A stretch of DNA of 64,000 nt. It comes from Rebecca billardiae RCC1528 (lineage: Eukaryota; Protista; Haptophyta). Below, piece by piece: positions 61,594 to 64,000 of the stretch. Below the pieces are notes generated by a model. It did not search any database. It was not told where the DNA came from and saw only the letters and a program-made list of their open reading frames with translations. A program made the position numbers and the translations under genes. Each line of letters starts with the position of its first letter. Position 1 is the first letter of the stretch. The DNA lies in contig OZ251248.1 in the NCBI GenBank assembly GCA_965240325.2, forward strand, positions 1-64,000, in the 5' to 3' direction.

Positions 61594-63020
61594 CGACGGC
61601 GGCGGGCGCGCGGGCGCGGGCGCGGGCGGCGCGCGCGCGCGGCAGCTGCTGCCGGCGGCGAGCGCCGTGCTCTCGCTGCTCGCGCAGCCGCAGCCGCAGC
61701 CGCCGCCGCAGCAGCCGCGCCCGCCACTGCACGCGCGCGCGGCGCTCGCGCTTGGCGAGGCGCTCGCGCGCATGCTCGGCGCGGCGACGGCGGGCGCGGC
61801 GGCGGGCGCGGAGGCGGCGGCGGCGCGCGCCGCGCTGTGCCTGCTGCCGCCGCTGCCGTCCGACGGCGCGCGCGTGGGCGCGGCGTGCGCGGCCCTCGCC
61901 GGCGCGCAGGCCACCGCCCTGCACGCCGCGCGCGCGCACGCCCGCCCGGGCGCGCACCCGCCGCCGCCCGCCGCTGCGCTCGAGCTCGCGCTCCGACGGC
62001 TCGTGGGCGGGCTGCGCGCGCACGCGCCGCGCGGCTGCGGCGCGCGCGGCGCGGCGCGCGCCGCCGCGGCGTGCGCGCGCGAGCCGGCGGCGTGCGCGCT
62101 CGCGGCGCACGCGCTCGCGGCGGGCGCGGCGCTCGCGCGCGCCGACGCGGCCGCGCGCGTGCGCGTCGCGCGCGCCGCGCCCGCGCTGGTCGCCGAGGCG
62201 GCGGGCGGGCTGCTCGCGCTGGCGAGCGCGCTCGGCGAGGGCGGCGGCGGCGAGGGCGGCGGGCGCGCGCCGGGCGCGCCGCCGCCGCTGCCGCCGCTGC
62301 TCCGCCGCGCGCTCGCGCGCGCGCTGCCCGCGCTCGGCGGCGCGCTCGGCGCGCTCGGCGCGGCCGCGTGCGCGGAGGCCGTGCCGGGCGCGCGCGCGCT
62401 GCTGCCGCCGCCGCCCGCCGCGCCCGCCGCCGCGCCCGCCGCCGCGCCGCCGCCGGCGGCGCAGCTCGACGGCCTGGGCGGCAGCGTGCTCGCGCTGTGC
62501 GCGCGGCTGTGCGCGCTCCTCGGCTCGCCGTGCGCCCACGCCGCCGCGCGCGCGCACGGCGCGCTGCTCGCGCTGCGCGCGGACGGCTACGCGCGCGCCG
62601 CGCTCGGCGCGGCGGCCGCGGCGGAGGCGGCGGCGGAGGCGGCGGCGGCGGCGGACGGCGGCGGCGACGCGGCGGGCGAGGAGGGCGGCGGGCCGGCGGA
62701 GGCGGACTCGGAGTGGCTCGCCGCCGAGTGCGCCGCCGGGCCGTGGCTCGGCGCCGGGCTGGGCACGGCGGCCGGCGCCGCGCTCGGCGCCGCGCGCGCC
62801 GCCGCGGCGCGCGCGCGCGCCGACGAGGCGGCCGCGGCCGCGCGCGCCGCGTCCGCGCGCGCGCTCGCGGCCGCGCTCGCGCCGTACGCGCAGCGCGAGC
62901 CGGCGGAGGGCGGCGAGCCGCCGGCGGGCGCGCCGCGCGCGCGCGACGCGCCCGCGCCGCCCGAGGCGTGGGCGGCCGCGGTGCGCGCCGCGCTCGGCCT
63001 CGGCGGCGGCGCCTCGCGGC

Positions 63021-63056
<36 letters not shown>

Positions 63057-63946
63057 TGCTCGGCTGCACGAGTCTTGCGCCGCTGGCGGCGGCGCTGTGC
63101 GAGCTGGGCGCGGGCGCGGAGCTGCCGCTCGTGCGCGCGTGCGCCGCGCCGCGCGGCGCGTGCGAGCTCTCGCCGCCGCTCGCCGACGCGGCCGTGCTCG
63201 TCCTTGCCCACGCCGCGCTGCGCCGCGCCGACAGCGCGCGCGCGCTCGGCGGCGCGCTCGGCGGCGCGCTCGAGCGAGCGGCGCGCGCGCCGCCGAGCCG
63301 TGGGCTCGCGCGGCTGCTCGGCGTGCTCGCGCAGCTGCGCGGCCACGAGCCACCCGCCCGCGCCGACGGCGCCGCCGCGCCGCTCGAGCCGCCGCAGCCG
63401 CAGCCGCAGCCGCAGCCGCAGCCGCAGCCGCAGCCGCCGCAGCCGCCGCAGCCGCAGCCGCAGCCGCCGCAGCCGCAGCCGCAGCCGCCGCAGCCGCAGC
63501 CGCAGCCGCCGCCGCACCCGGGCGGCGCGCGCGCGCGCGCCGAGTTCTGGGGGGCGGTGCCGCGGCTGGCGGCGGCGGCGTGCGCGGCGCGGTGCGGCCG
63601 CCCGGCGCTCGCCGCGGCGTGGCTGGACGAGGCGCGCCTCGCGCGCGGCGGCGGCGCGCCGTGCGCCGCCGAGCGCGCGCTGCGCCGCGGGCTGCTGTGC
63701 GCCGAGGCGGCGCGCGCCGGCGTGCCCGCCGACGACGCGGCGCGCGCCGACGCCGACGACGCCGACGCCGAGGCGGAGGCGGAGTCGGAGTCGGAGGCGG
63801 AGGGCGGCGGCGGTGCGTGGGCGCGCGGCGGCGTGTCGGATCGCCCGGGGGCCGGCGCCGCCGAGGCCGTGCCGGGCGGCGCGTGGCTCGCGGCGCCCGT
63901 GGCGGCGCTGCGCACGCGCGACGCGGCGTGCCAGGCCGCGGCGCTC

Positions 63947-63990
<44 letters not shown>

Positions 63991-64000
63991 GTGCGCGCCC
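53742..64000 (+). CDS. ATM: ATM/Tel1-like PIKK, 5' portion (runs off the window; kinase domain not seen)
   Basis: TAN-like start (LVGDDSSVTKRKGAL...WRHVLIRVVAFLAAE...RELLAHVVGVL...YAESLRLLL). Later ATM-like blocks LLDLPYSLCGY, ACELSPPLA and FWGAVPRLAAAACAARC (FAT-entry-like). Introns 54194-54314, 54830-54945 and 60695-60828, plus probable ones near 58718-58840 and 59046-59225. Confidence 0.68.

Noticed and set aside
53430-63353. 3307-aa minus-strand ORF and similar giant Arg/Ala-rich ORFs
   Set aside because: Antisense or off-frame shadows of real genes in very GC-rich DNA with few stop codons; no domain motifs.

Overview
Left end of a very GC-rich eukaryotic chromosome with a TTAGGG-type telomere. 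Composition and short GTGCGC...CGCAG introns suggest a flagellated alga such as a haptophyte (inference only). Subtelomeric part, in order: (CCCTAA)n telomere (1-2608); an inverted 18-bp telomere-variant array; a degenerate repeat; a 5'-truncated XRN exoribonuclease fused to a 45-unit ~183-bp satellite; a short inverted telomeric tract joined to a copia RT relic; further tandem repeats; and a 2633-bp non-autonomous element with CACAGTG termini. Genes follow: Rad21/Rec8 kleisin, GT31 glycosyltransferase, CFAP418, a FAS1/RPEL protein and a hybrid histidine kinase. Next is a TE island with two split-direct-repeat elements in (TA)n and a second, inverted CACAGTG element. Then come a DUF4062-NACHT-dynein MTBD-TPR-YEATS protein, CLUAP1/IFT38, a desaturase-like gene and the 5' part of an ATM/Tel1-like gene. 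The most notable signals are telomeric-repeat insertions inside genes flanked by ~30-bp target duplications, RSS-heptamer-ended (Transib/RAG-like) elements, split-direct-repeat elements with a conserved junction dyad, and two unusual protein architectures. Most ORFs in the supplied track are GC-content artefacts. All family assignments are from motif recognition by eye, not database searches.
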